Of a stretch of DNA of 31,613 bases, positions 8,929 to 17,524 are shown one piece after another; positions within the stretch are counted from its first letter, which is position 1; the number at the start of each line of letters is the position of its first letter. The notes below the pieces were generated by a model. That model had not been told where the DNA came from. It was given only the letters and a program-made list of their open reading frames with translations, and searched no databases. Made by a program: the position numbers and the translations under genes. This stretch comes from Candidatus Micrarchaeota archaeon (GTDB taxonomy: Archaea > Iainarchaeota > Iainarchaeia > Iainarchaeales > JAGVWC01), in assembly GCA_043803815.1 (NCBI GenBank), contig JAZDJR010000025.1, forward strand, positions 1 through 31,613, read 5' to 3'.

Positions 8929-8979
8929 AAACACTATTTGCCTTAACCCTTCCTTTGCAGGGATCGGACCAATAAACAA

Positions 8980-11900
8980 TTACTCCGTTTCTTCTATTTC
9001 TTCGTTTTCTTCCGTGTCTTCAGCTTCGGTTTCTTCAAATTCTTCGGTTTCTTCCGCGGGGCTTTCTTCTTTGGTTTCCTTTTGGAATTTGTTCTGAGGG
9101 TGGGCCTCGTATTTTGCGTTGATGAGCTTGACGATTTTTTTCGCTTTTTTTTCTCCCATGTTGTTTACTTCTTTGAGTTCTTTTTCCGTGGCGTTCACCA
9201 AGGACTTGATGGTCTTGAAATGGTCAAGCAAGGATTTGGCCATGGTCGGCCCGACCATTGGAAGGGACTCGACGACGAACTGCTGGGACTGCGTCAAGGT
9301 CAGGCCTTTGCGCCCCGTTCGGATGCGCAGGTCCTTGTCTTTTCCAAGCTGTTCGCGCTTTGCAATCACGAATAATACTTCCGCGGTTTCGCGGCTGTTT
9401 TCGGAAAACAAAATCGGAATGCGGTAATTAATCGCAATCGAGGATAAAGAACCCCAAATCGCGTTTTTGTGGATGTTTCGCAGGGAAAACAATTCGCGGG
9501 GATTTCCTTCCAGAATAATCAGGGGAGAAGAATAGGTTTGTGAAAGCGACTGCAGTTGGTTGAACAATCTGCCGTCAATTAAGCTTTCCAAAAAGTCTTC
9601 CACGGTTTTGCGCTCAACCGCAATTTCGGGCCCAAGAACATAATCGGAAACTTCGAGCTGTTTTACGCGGATAACGGCCCCAAGTTCGGTCAGTTCGCGG
9701 CAAACCGAACTTGCTTGTTCGCGCGAATCCACAAAAATCTCGACTTTGTCTTTTAGTTCTTCCACATACTTGGAAAGAAGAGTTTGTTTTTGGGCACCCG
9801 CAGCCTTGTTCGGCTTTGGAAGGTTGATCTCGGGGCGCTTTTGCATTTTTTTCAAAGTTCGGTACATCAGGCGCTCTTTTGCCATGCTGGAATAATAATA
9901 GGCCTCGTCGCGGGTCTTTGCGGCCATTAAAACAATGCAGCGCCCCTTATCCAATCGGCCGGTTCGTCCGCGGCGCTGAATCGTCCTGATTTCGCTTGGC
10001 ACGGGCTCGAAAAAAATCACCAAATCAACCTGCGGAATATCGAGCCCTTCTTCGGCAACGCTATTATGAAGGCATATGAGTCCTTGCCCCCCAACAAATA
10101 ATTGGGTTTTGTCAACTGAAATATCGTAAACAAATTTAGGTTGAACTTTAAGCTGAGCGATTTTTTTAATATAGTCAAAACAGTTTTGTTCGGTAACAGT
10201 TTCAACTTCCCTTGTTTTTTGTCCTTTGTTTTGACTCAAAAAAGTATTTTGCATCAATGCAAACGTTCTTTGGTCGGTTTGAGCGACAGGAACTAAATCG
10301 TAATAACATTTTTTTCCGTGAACATTTATTTCTTGGAAAGGAACCGATTCCATAATACAAACATTAAAAGGTGTCCTCTTGGCGTTTTTTTGCAGAGTTA
10401 TTTTTTTTATTCCCAACTGCCGAAGTAAAAAAATGAGGCCGGTTACCAGTTTTTGGCTTACAGTGGTTAAAACAATTCTTTTGTCGGTTAGGTGCCCATC
10501 ACCGCGGGCATACCCCTCTAGAAATTTCCATTTGTGTTCCGTTGGAAGCGTAAAAATAATTGAAGGTATTTCCTTATTGTATGCCCCGATTCCCGCACGG
10601 AAAACGTATTTTATCAAATAATAAGCAAGTTTTGAGTGAATGTCTATTCCTCTCCATGTTATAGATGGGTCTATTCCCAAGCCTTTTCGAACACTAGCAG
10701 CCATTCTTTCTTGCATTTCTTTTTTCTGGGCGGCTAAATGAATTCCGGCTGTTGAAGTCGTATTTCTTGCATTGCCTTCCGCAACATATAAGCCCAAGAA
10801 TTCCGCTAAAGACGGATTGACTTCTAAAAATCGAGGAAACTTGGTCTTTCCATACGATGCTTCGATAAAAATTTGGCAAAACGTTTCGAGTTTTAGCTCT
10901 GTTTTGGCGACGGCTTCGAGTGAAACCCTGTATTTTTTTTTGCGATATCGGCAGTTTTTAAAGAACCATTGCAAAAATTTATAATATTCTCGCCCAGGTT
11001 TAGTAAGTGAAAAAAAGAGAAATTTTCCAGTTTTATCAGTTAAAACAAATGACTCCGCGGCAAGCCTCTTGCCGGCGAGATTTACCGTTTTTTTGTCAAG
11101 TCCCGATTCATCGGCTATTTTTGTAAGATTCCTTGATTTCGAAAGTAATGTGTTTAGAAATTTTTTATTGCTGGTAAGTTCTCTTATTCTTGCTTGCGTT
11201 AATCCTGAAATTGTGCACAAAACTTTCTTTTTCATTTCTGGCGGCAGTTTTTTGTCAAATTCTTTTGCTAAATCAAGCGTTTGGTTTTCTTCAATATTAG
11301 GCGCGGTAAGACAAATTTTGGCAAACAAGTTTTCTTTTGGGGGGCTTGGCACGAGATTTGAAGAAGCGTCAAAGGTAAAGAAGCTGTGGTCTCTTGTGAC
11401 TTTGGCTCTAAAACCCGAAGAAAAAACGGTTTCCACTACTTCCGACTTTCGCGGATGTTTATGAACGTGCGTGATAGGCAAAAAAACGGTTTTAGCGTTA
11501 TCAAATGAAAGGGAAGAATATCCGCTAATCTTTACAACTTCACTTTTGACGGGTTCAAAAGGGATATAAGCGTCCACAAAATCACCGATTTTTTTTATTT
11601 CAATTTTGTTTTCAGCATCATTTCGCACAATAATAAACTCTTCCGGGTGCACACTGCTCGCCACTAATGTATTGTATTCCCCGTTTCGGAAATGCTCCAG
11701 GAATTCGCCTTGCTGTTTTTGCGTGAGCCCCTTGTCTTCTCCTTTGGTGGCTTGGCCCACAAAGCGGATGGGACGCACGCCTTCAATTTTTTCAAGGACA
11801 CTCGTGAGGTGTTTTACCGAATCGCGGTAATGGTTGAACACGATTACTTTGCTTTTCTGGTTTTGCTTGAACTGGGACTGCAAAATGTCCGTCAATAATT

Positions 11901-12966
11901 TTTGCTTGGGGTGGGTTTCGCCGTTTTCAAACAAGTGTTGGGTTGCCTGCATGGCTTTTTGGATTCTGGCGTCCGACAAAACGGTCTGAAGGGCTTTGGG
12001 AGAGCCGCTTTGCCCGCTTTTGGCCTGCAATCTTTCAAAATAATCGTGCAAGGGAACGATTCCCTGCGTTTCCAACAGTATTTCCGCGTGCGAAATTTTG
12101 AGCAATGCCGCAAGCTTTGAAATCGCAGTCCATAACGCGGGATTGCTTTTGGCGCGCTCGACCAGATTATGGCGAATGGACACCTGCAGCATCAGCAGGT
12201 CTTTTCTGCGCATCATATTGGACTGGATGTTTTTGGCAAGCCCCAGTTTTTTGATAAACAACAATTGGTCTTTTTGAAAATCCCTTAGCCACGCCTTGAT
12301 TTGCAAAAAATCAGGGGACAGGTCGACTTTTTGCCATTCCAATTCAATCGGGTTCGCGTACGCCTGCACATCCGCATCTTTTAATGTCTTGATTTCGATG
12401 TTTTCAATGAACAGGTTTTTGCAGACATCCTGGATTTTTTCCTGTTCGGAACCCGGCGACGCGGTCAAACCCAAAATCAGGGGATTGACGGCCTGCTTTA
12501 GGTAGCGCTTGGCCAAAAAAACATAGGAATAATCGCCGACCGCTCGGTGCGCCTCGTCGAAAATCACCAAGGAAAAATCCTTGAGCGACAATCGCCCCGA
12601 AATGATGTCGTTTTCGATTGCTTGGGGCGTTGCGCTGATGATGCAGGCCCTTTGCCAGGCGGCTTCGCGCTTGGCGGGAGGAGACGAACCCGTCAATAAT
12701 TCGATTTGGTCGGACGGAATGTCGAAAAACTTTTGAAACGTGGCCTGATGCTGCAAGGCCAAGGGCTTGGTCGGGGAAAGCATCAAAACTTTTTGAGTGG
12801 AAAAATCCGCGAGGCGCTGGTTTATTACCAAAGCCGCAACAACGGTTTTTCCCAATGCGGTGGGTGCGACAATTAAGGTGTTTCCTTTGTCCAAAACCGT
12901 ATACGCCAAAATTTCCTGGTATTGCCGCGGTTCAATCAAACCGGGCTTCAAAAACGAGGACGCCAT
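8980..12966 (-). CDS. hef: Hef helicase-nuclease (FANCM/Mph1-like SF2 helicase plus ERCC4 nuclease and HhH), intein-containing precursor
   Basis: APTALGKT, DEAH, LGLTASPG, QRRGRTGR helicase motifs; VDSRE...SDY...VERKT nuclease; LPMVGP HhH. About 797 aa after removing the intein. Confidence 0.96.
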   Translation of the reverse strand: MASSFLKPGLIEPRQYQEILAYTVLDKGNTLIVAPTALGKTVVAALVINQRLADFSTQKVLMLSPTKPLALQHQATFQKFFDIPSDQIELLTGSSPPAKREAAWQRACIISATPQAIENDIISGRLSLKDFSLVIFDEAHRAVGDYSYVFLAKRYLKQAVNPLILGLTASPGSEQEKIQDVCKNLFIENIEIKTLKDADVQAYANPIELEWQKVDLSPDFLQIKAWLRDFQKDQLLFIKKLGLAKNIQSNMMRRKDLLMLQVSIRHNLVERAKSNPALWTAISKLAALLKISHAEILLETQGIVPLHDYFERLQAKSGQSGSPKALQTVLSDARIQKAMQATQHLFENGETHPKQKLLTDILQSQFKQNQKSKVIVFNHYRDSVKHLTSVLEKIEGVRPIRFVGQATKGEDKGLTQKQQGEFLEHFRNGEYNTLVASSVHPEEFIIVRNDAENKIEIKKIGDFVDAYIPFEPVKSEVVKISGYSSLSFDNAKTVFLPITHVHKHPRKSEVVETVFSSGFRAKVTRDHSFFTFDASSNLVPSPPKENLFAKICLTAPNIEENQTLDLAKEFDKKLPPEMKKKVLCTISGLTQARIRELTSNKKFLNTLLSKSRNLTKIADESGLDKKTVNLAGKRLAAESFVLTDKTGKFLFFSLTKPGREYYKFLQWFFKNCRYRKKKYRVSLEAVAKTELKLETFCQIFIEASYGKTKFPRFLEVNPSLAEFLGLYVAEGNARNTTSTAGIHLAAQKKEMQERMAASVRKGLGIDPSITWRGIDIHSKLAYYLIKYVFRAGIGAYNKEIPSIIFTLPTEHKWKFLEGYARGDGHLTDKRIVLTTVSQKLVTGLIFLLRQLGIKKITLQKNAKRTPFNVCIMESVPFQEINVHGKKCYYDLVPVAQTDQRTFALMQNTFLSQNKGQKTREVETVTEQNCFDYIKKIAQLKVQPKFVYDISVDKTQLFVGGQGLICLHNSVAEEGLDIPQVDLVIFFEPVPSEIRTIQRRGRTGRLDKGRCIVLMAAKTRDEAYYYSSMAKERLMYRTLKKMQKRPEINLPKPNKAAGAQKQTLLSKYVEELKDKVEIFVDSREQASSVCRELTELGAVIRVKQLEVSDYVLGPEIAVERKTVEDFLESLIDGRLFNQLQSLSQTYSSPLIILEGNPRELFSLRNIHKNAIWGSLSSIAINYRIPILFSENSRETAEVLFVIAKREQLGKDKDLRIRTGRKGLTLTQSQQFVVESLPMVGPTMAKSLLDHFKTIKSLVNATEKELKEVNNMGEKKAKKIVKLINAKYEAHPQNKFQKETKEESPAEETEEFEETEAEDTEENEEIEETE
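10063..11655 (-). mobile_element. Intein with LAGLIDADG homing endonuclease, in Hef helicase motif V (531 aa)
   Basis: Splits VAS|SVAEEGLD. Begins SVHPEE; block B VTRDHSFF; LAGLIDADG blocks LAEFLGLYVAEG and FLEGYARGDG; ends VYDISV...LHN followed by Ser+1. Visibly more AT-rich than the flanks. Confidence 0.96.
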
Positions 12967-13162
12967 AGTACTCCTTGACTGCAAAACCGCTTTAATAGTG
13001 TTTTTAAGCCCAATTTCCGGTGATTAAAGCCCAAATCGGGCTTTTTTTTAAAAACGGAACCTTTTTTAGGAGTATAATCCCCAATAATAACTGAATTTGG
13101 CAAAAAACCTTTTTGGCAAAAGGTTTGCTTTCACGTCTTTGCCGATTCAGGTGGAAAATAGT

Positions 13163-13378
13163 ATGGCAGAATTACCATTAGCAGCCGTGGACAGGATCAT
13201 CCGCAAAGCCGGCGCGGACCGCGTCAGCGAAGAAGCAAGCGCAGCACTCGCCGAAATACTTGAAGAACGCGGAATCGAAATTGCCAAGCAAGCCAACCAA
13301 TTCGCGATTCACGCCAAGCGAAAAACAGTAACCGACGAAGACATTCGCTTAGCCATCAAAAGCCAAGGCACAAAATAA
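13163..13378 (+). CDS. Archaeal histone (HMfA/HMfB family)
   Basis: [25 protein letters not shown]...[15 protein letters not shown] histone-fold signature, AGGTG Shine-Dalgarno. Confidence 0.96.
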   Translation: MAELPLAAVDRIIRKAGADRVSEEASAALAEILEERGIEIAKQANQFAIHAKRKTVTDEDIRLAIKSQGTK

Positions 13379-13416
13379 GGCCGATTAAATCGGTTTTTTT
13401 TCTGCCGGTTCTTTTT

Positions 13417-13728
13417 TTATTTTCCTTTGACTTTTCGGATAAACCATCCGATTCGGCCCTTAGTGTGCCTTTGGCTCACGCGGGTTGCTTTTAGTACTGC
13501 TTTCTTAGCTTTCGCTTTTGCTTTTTCCAATCGTTCGCGGGGGCCTTCGGCTATGCTATCTTCCCAACGTGCCGCCCAATCAGCTGCTTGTTGTCGCCTC
13601 TCTTTTTTTTTTCTTGCGATTTCCCAAAATTTTTCCTGCCTTTGTCGGCTTTTTTGCTCTAACCACGTTCCGACTCGTTTTCGCTGAATTCCAATTCGTT
13701 TTCGCAATGGTTGTCTTGGTGTTGCCAT
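13417..13728 (-). CDS. Hypothetical highly basic helical protein
   Basis: 103-aa Lys/Arg-rich ORF (MATPRQPLRKRIG...), GGAG Shine-Dalgarno, directly downstream of the KaiC-like gene. Confidence 0.65.
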   Translation of the reverse strand: MATPRQPLRKRIGIQRKRVGTWLEQKSRQRQEKFWEIARKKKERRQQAADWAARWEDSIAEGPRERLEKAKAKAKKAVLKATRVSQRHTKGRIGWFIRKVKGK

Positions 13729-13745
13729 TCTTGTTTCTCCCTTTT

Positions 13746-14456
13746 TTATCGCAGGGTTTGCCACATGATTTCGTCTTTTGGATTCAGGCTAATGCCCGCC
13801 TGCGTGATTTCCAAGGGGTGCACTTTTTTGGAATGGTCGGTTCCCCGCATTTTTCGGACAAAAATAGAACGGTTAGGCGGGAAAAAATACAAAGCAATCA
13901 CGCCGTCGGCGACGAATTCTTCGACTCCGAACGAACTGAAATCAAGCGGGGTTCCTTTGGTTTCCGCGGTCAAAATCGTGGTGCAATCAAGCTCTTTGAT
14001 GGCGGACAAAAACCGGAATAGCATGTTGCGCAGTTTTCCGCGGTCTTCAATCCACAATCCAAGGACCGTAAGCGAGTCAATGACCAATCGCTTGGCCTTG
14101 ATTTCTTTTACAAGCTTTGCAATAATCAGCAATTGCTGGGTCACCTGGTCCTCGATGTCGCCGGATTGGTCCTCAAATTTCAAGCGTTCAATCTTGACCA
14201 AGTTCTGGTCCTGCAGTTTTTTGATGTCCCAGTTAAAACTCTGCATGTCCCACAAAAGATTTTGCGTGGTGGTTTGGATAGTGACAAACAATCCCGGCTC
14301 ATTGAACTGCACGGCGCCGTTGTAAATGTACTGCATGGACAAAATGCTTTTTCCGCAGCCCGAACCGCCCGCAACCACGACCGACGCGCCCTTGGGAATG
14401 CCGCCTTTTAGGATATCATCCAAACCCGGAATGCCGGTCTTTACGCGTTCAACCAT
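13746..14456 (-). CDS. Single-domain KaiC/RAD55-family (RecA superfamily) ATPase
   Basis: RVKTGIPGLD, Walker A GGSGCGKS, Walker B LVIDS, EEFVADGVI, KMRGT. Confidence 0.93.
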   Translation of the reverse strand: MVERVKTGIPGLDDILKGGIPKGASVVVAGGSGCGKSILSMQYIYNGAVQFNEPGLFVTIQTTTQNLLWDMQSFNWDIKKLQDQNLVKIERLKFEDQSGDIEDQVTQQLLIIAKLVKEIKAKRLVIDSLTVLGLWIEDRGKLRNMLFRFLSAIKELDCTTILTAETKGTPLDFSSFGVEEFVADGVIALYFFPPNRSIFVRKMRGTDHSKKVHPLEITQAGISLNPKDEIMWQTLR

Positions 14457-14513
14457 ACGACCAAAATAGGATTTTCCCGAATAAAAAGGTTTTGGGTGCT
14501 GCTTTTGCGAAGG

Positions 14514-15098
14514 CTATTTTTCCTTCGCGGCTTTGACAAGTTCCAAGGCTTTTTCAAGCACCTGAAATTCATCAAGGCCGTTGGTATCCAGCCGCGCGTG
14601 AAACGGCGAAAAATCCTTTCCGAAATCAAAACCGTACAATTGCTTGTAAATCGCCGAGGTTTTTTCCTCTTTGGTTTTTACGCGCAGACGCAATTTCTCG
14701 GTCGGCATGCCGTCGCGCCCCACGAGACGCTGCAGGCGCGCTTTTTCACTTACATCCAGCCAAATCTTAAAACCGGTTTTGGAAAGCCAGGGAGTTGCCC
14801 AGCTGTCCATCACCACTTTTCCCTTGGCAATGGCCGCCAGCAATTCTTCATCCACCTGCTTGTCCAATGACAAATCGCCCAGGCGCGTATCGTAATATTT
14901 CAAAGCCGCGTCGCTTTCCCAGTAGCCCTGCCCTTGCTTGGTTGCAAACGCGTCCAGTTTTTTTTTATTTTCCTGAATCTGGCGAAAAATATCCGAAGCA
15001 TGCACGCATTTATAGTTCAGGGCTTTGGCCAAATGCTCGGCCAAGGTTGATTTTCCGCTGCCCGCGGGGCCCGAAATGATGATTACCGAAGGAGGCAT
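14514..15098 (-). CDS. cmk: Cytidylate kinase, archaeal type
   Basis: IIISGPAGSGKST P-loop, ASDIFR, DKQVDE, KIWLD, YKQLYGFD. ATG at 15098. Confidence 0.8.
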   Translation of the reverse strand: MPPSVIIISGPAGSGKSTLAEHLAKALNYKCVHASDIFRQIQENKKKLDAFATKQGQGYWESDAALKYYDTRLGDLSLDKQVDEELLAAIAKGKVVMDSWATPWLSKTGFKIWLDVSEKARLQRLVGRDGMPTEKLRLRVKTKEEKTSAIYKQLYGFDFGKDFSPFHARLDTNGLDEFQVLEKALELVKAAKEK

Positions 15099-15130
15099 GC
15101 CATAATCTGGAAAAAAAGAATTTAAAAGGA

Positions 15131-15400
15131 TTATTCCAGTGAAAAAACCTGCAAACCTTTTTCTGCAAGTTCTTTTTGGCTCCAAAACCGCGCATCGCGG
15201 GTCTTGAACACGAACGAAACCCGTTTTTTCAATTCGCGGCCCGTAAACTTTTCGGTTTTCGGGTCCCATTCCTTTAACACCAAAAAATCGCCGGCTTTGC
15301 AGTCGAAATCGTCCAAGCGAACGTCGAACTTTTTGTGGCCTTTTTTGACGGCTTCAAAATATTGGGGCCAGGTTTTTTTCCTGTGGATTTTAGCGGATAT
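15131..15400 (-). CDS. ASCH/DUF3850-domain protein, probably starting at a non-canonical ATA
   Basis: Frame extends upstream of the track's TTG: ISAKIHRKKTWPQYFEAVKKGHKKFDVRLDDFDCKAGDFLVLKEWD...FTGR (ASCH GxKxxxxR pattern). No ATG/GTG/TTG between the in-frame stop at 15431-15433 and the domain start. Confidence 0.75.
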   Translation of the reverse strand: MSAKIHRKKTWPQYFEAVKKGHKKFDVRLDDFDCKAGDFLVLKEWDPKTEKFTGRELKKRVSFVFKTRDARFWSQKELAEKGLQVFSLE

Positions 15401-16691
15401 GCCTAAACCCCCAGGTGTCCAACGCGATTTTTAGTTGGGAATGGTTCTTGGAGTATTCCTTGAGTCCGATTCCGGATATGGCTGCTTCCATGGCTTGGCG
15501 GACTGCCATTGCGCCCGCATGGCTTCCGTTTGGGTGCCCGTGGATTCCTCCGCCGACCTGGATGGCCAAATCGGTTCCGAGGTTGTGCACGATTTCGGGA
15601 ATCGAGCCGGGATGGAGCCCGCCGGAAGAGACCGGCATGACTGGTTTTATTTTTCCCCAATCCTCATTCAAAATGTGCTGGTACTGGTGGCAGTGCGAGT
15701 GCTGCTCCAGCATTTCTTCGTCCAGGATTTGCACTTCTTTTTTGCTTCCAGTCAGTTTTCCGATTCCGGTTCCGATGTGGACATTGTCCATTCCGATTAA
15801 CCGGCTGGTTTCCGCGATTACAAGCATGCTGACTCCGTGCTTGGGGTTTCGGGTGAAAGCCGAGTGGAATGCGCGGTGCGCGTAAATCGCAAGGCCCAGG
15901 TCTTTGCAGTGGCTCCGCAGTCCTTGTACCGCGCTCCAGCCTGTTGTGAGCATGTCCACCATGACGTACGGGTTTCCGTGCTCCGCGACCAGGGAGGCGC
16001 GCGTGTATAATTCTTTTCCGGGGGCGGTTACATTGAACAATCCGGCTTTTCGTTCCCCGGTTTCTTTTTCCGCCTTTTCTGCGTTTTTCATGCAGAGTTT
16101 GACGCGGTCCGAGAAGCGGTTAAACGGCTGTGATGTCAAATTTTCGTCGTCTTTTAGCAGGTCGACTCCGCCGCTCCAGATTTCGTATCCGATTTGGGCG
16201 TGTTCCTTGGAAGTCATCCCGATTTTGGGTTTGGGCACGCATGCCAAAAAAGGCCTTTTTTTGATTTTGAATTTTTTGCGCAGCCCGTGCATCCCGAACT
16301 GGGGTCCCGGAAAGCTGTTCAACAGTTTTTTTGGCCATTGTACATCCTGTAACCGGATATTATTGACTGCTTTCATTCCCATGATGTTTCCCGCGATTGC
16401 GGAGTAAACCTGGCTCATGTTGCCAAGCTCGAAATTGTCAAGCGGGTATGCGATTTTTACCCAGTTTCCCTTTATTTCAAAAACCGTGGCCGCGATTCTC
16501 TGCACATTTTTGAGGCCAAGCCCCTGTACCGCGGTCCAGGTTCCGACACTCGACTCCGCGGCAACCGCTCCCGCGGCGCGCTTCATGGTTTCGCCGGTCG
16601 CGGGTTCGATGTAAAAAGAGCAGACCAGTTCGTCCTTGCCTGGCTTGTGATGCAGGTTTACGAACTGGCTGTACACTTCCTTAAATGCCAT
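15390..16691 (-). CDS. rbcL: Ribulose-1,5-bisphosphate carboxylase, form III type large subunit
   Basis: AAESSVGT, PKPKIG, GVDLLKDDENLTSQPF (carbamylated Lys motif), AHRAFH, HIGT, GKL, SSGGLHPG, GGGIHGHP. Catalytic set looks complete, no small subunit gene nearby. Confidence 0.96.
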   Translation of the reverse strand: MAFKEVYSQFVNLHHKPGKDELVCSFYIEPATGETMKRAAGAVAAESSVGTWTAVQGLGLKNVQRIAATVFEIKGNWVKIAYPLDNFELGNMSQVYSAIAGNIMGMKAVNNIRLQDVQWPKKLLNSFPGPQFGMHGLRKKFKIKKRPFLACVPKPKIGMTSKEHAQIGYEIWSGGVDLLKDDENLTSQPFNRFSDRVKLCMKNAEKAEKETGERKAGLFNVTAPGKELYTRASLVAEHGNPYVMVDMLTTGWSAVQGLRSHCKDLGLAIYAHRAFHSAFTRNPKHGVSMLVIAETSRLIGMDNVHIGTGIGKLTGSKKEVQILDEEMLEQHSHCHQYQHILNEDWGKIKPVMPVSSGGLHPGSIPEIVHNLGTDLAIQVGGGIHGHPNGSHAGAMAVRQAMEAAISGIGLKEYSKNHSQLKIALDTWGFRHIR

Positions 16692-16735
16692 GTACCAAGC
16701 AGGGAAAAAGAACTAAAAAAGCTATCGGTTTGCAG

Positions 16736-17116
16736 CTAGTTTCCTTTTTCAACCGGCGGGTTCAGGAAAAAATTAACCCACTTTTTGATTCCTTCCCGAA
16801 TCTCCGAATTTGTCAAATTTCTGTTCTGGGCTTTGGCGGTCTGGGCTCTGACCTGCGCCGCGGTAAAAATGGATTTTTTGTGGAGCCGGATGCTCAATTG
16901 GTTTAGGGCCAGCATTGCTTGGGCGGCCTCTGACGGGGTTATTGTCCCGTTGGATTCTGCCTTTCCGATGGCGCCCAGGATGTTTCTTACCGCGCGCTTA
17001 TCTTCCCTGCGGTTTGTGCGGCGCCTTCTTTTGGCTTCGCGCTTTTCGGCAACTTCCATTTCTTTTCTGGAGTGTCCCTTAGCGCCGCCGCATCCGTGCA
17101 CTGCAAACGAAGCCAT
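16736..17116 (-). CDS. Hypothetical basic protein
   Basis: 126-aa ORF with an Arg-rich stretch (KREAKRRRRTNRRE), TATACT box about 27 nt upstream of ATG. Confidence 0.6.
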   Translation of the reverse strand: MASFAVHGCGGAKGHSRKEMEVAEKREAKRRRRTNRREDKRAVRNILGAIGKAESNGTITPSEAAQAMLALNQLSIRLHKKSIFTAAQVRAQTAKAQNRNLTNSEIREGIKKWVNFFLNPPVEKGN

Positions 17117-17155
17117 ACTATCAAGTCATTAACATATTGGAGAGTATATTTAATT

Positions 17156-17463
17156 ATGCCTTCGGCTTTTTTCAAACAGGTTTGGAAACTGCTGTCCAAA
17201 ATTCCCGAAGGAAAAGTGACCACTTATTCCGAAATTGCCCGGCATTTGAAAAAACCACGTGCCAGCCGTGCCGTGGGAAATGGTGCAGTGCGAATCCGTT
17301 TTCCCCGAAGATTCCTTGCCACCGCGTAGTGTGTTCGGATGGAACCCTCGGAGGATATGCAAGCGGAGCCAAAAAAAAGATTGCCTTGCTGAAAAAAGAA
17401 GGCGTTTTGGTTAAAAACGGCCGAATTATCGGTTTTGAGCAAAAATTCGGGCGGTTTAAGTAA
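17156..17463 (+). pseudogene. ogt: O6-methylguanine-DNA methyltransferase (MGMT/Ogt) split by a -1 frameshift near 17281
   Basis: One frame gives VWKLLSKIPEGKVTTYSEIA...RAVGN. The -1 frame continues CSANPFSPKIPCHRVVCSDGTLGGYASG...LLKKEG, including the active-site PCHRV. Confidence 0.88.
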
Positions 17464-17524
17464 TCGGGTTTTAAAGTTTTCCGCCTTGCTTCTGTAAAAT
17501 AACCTCTTTTTTGAAGGAATTAGA

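Noticed and set aside
13518-14325. Long plus-strand ORFs (167 and 204 aa) opposite the KaiC-like gene
   Set aside because: Antisense shadows of a clearly identified gene
13746-14456. Circadian clock interpretation of the KaiC-like gene
   Set aside because: Single domain, with no kaiA or kaiB in the window; these ATPases are common in archaea
15390-16691. Calvin-cycle carbon fixation, or a RuBisCO-like protein (form IV)
   Set aside because: No small subunit or phosphoribulokinase in the window argues against a Calvin cycle; the complete catalytic motifs argue against form IV
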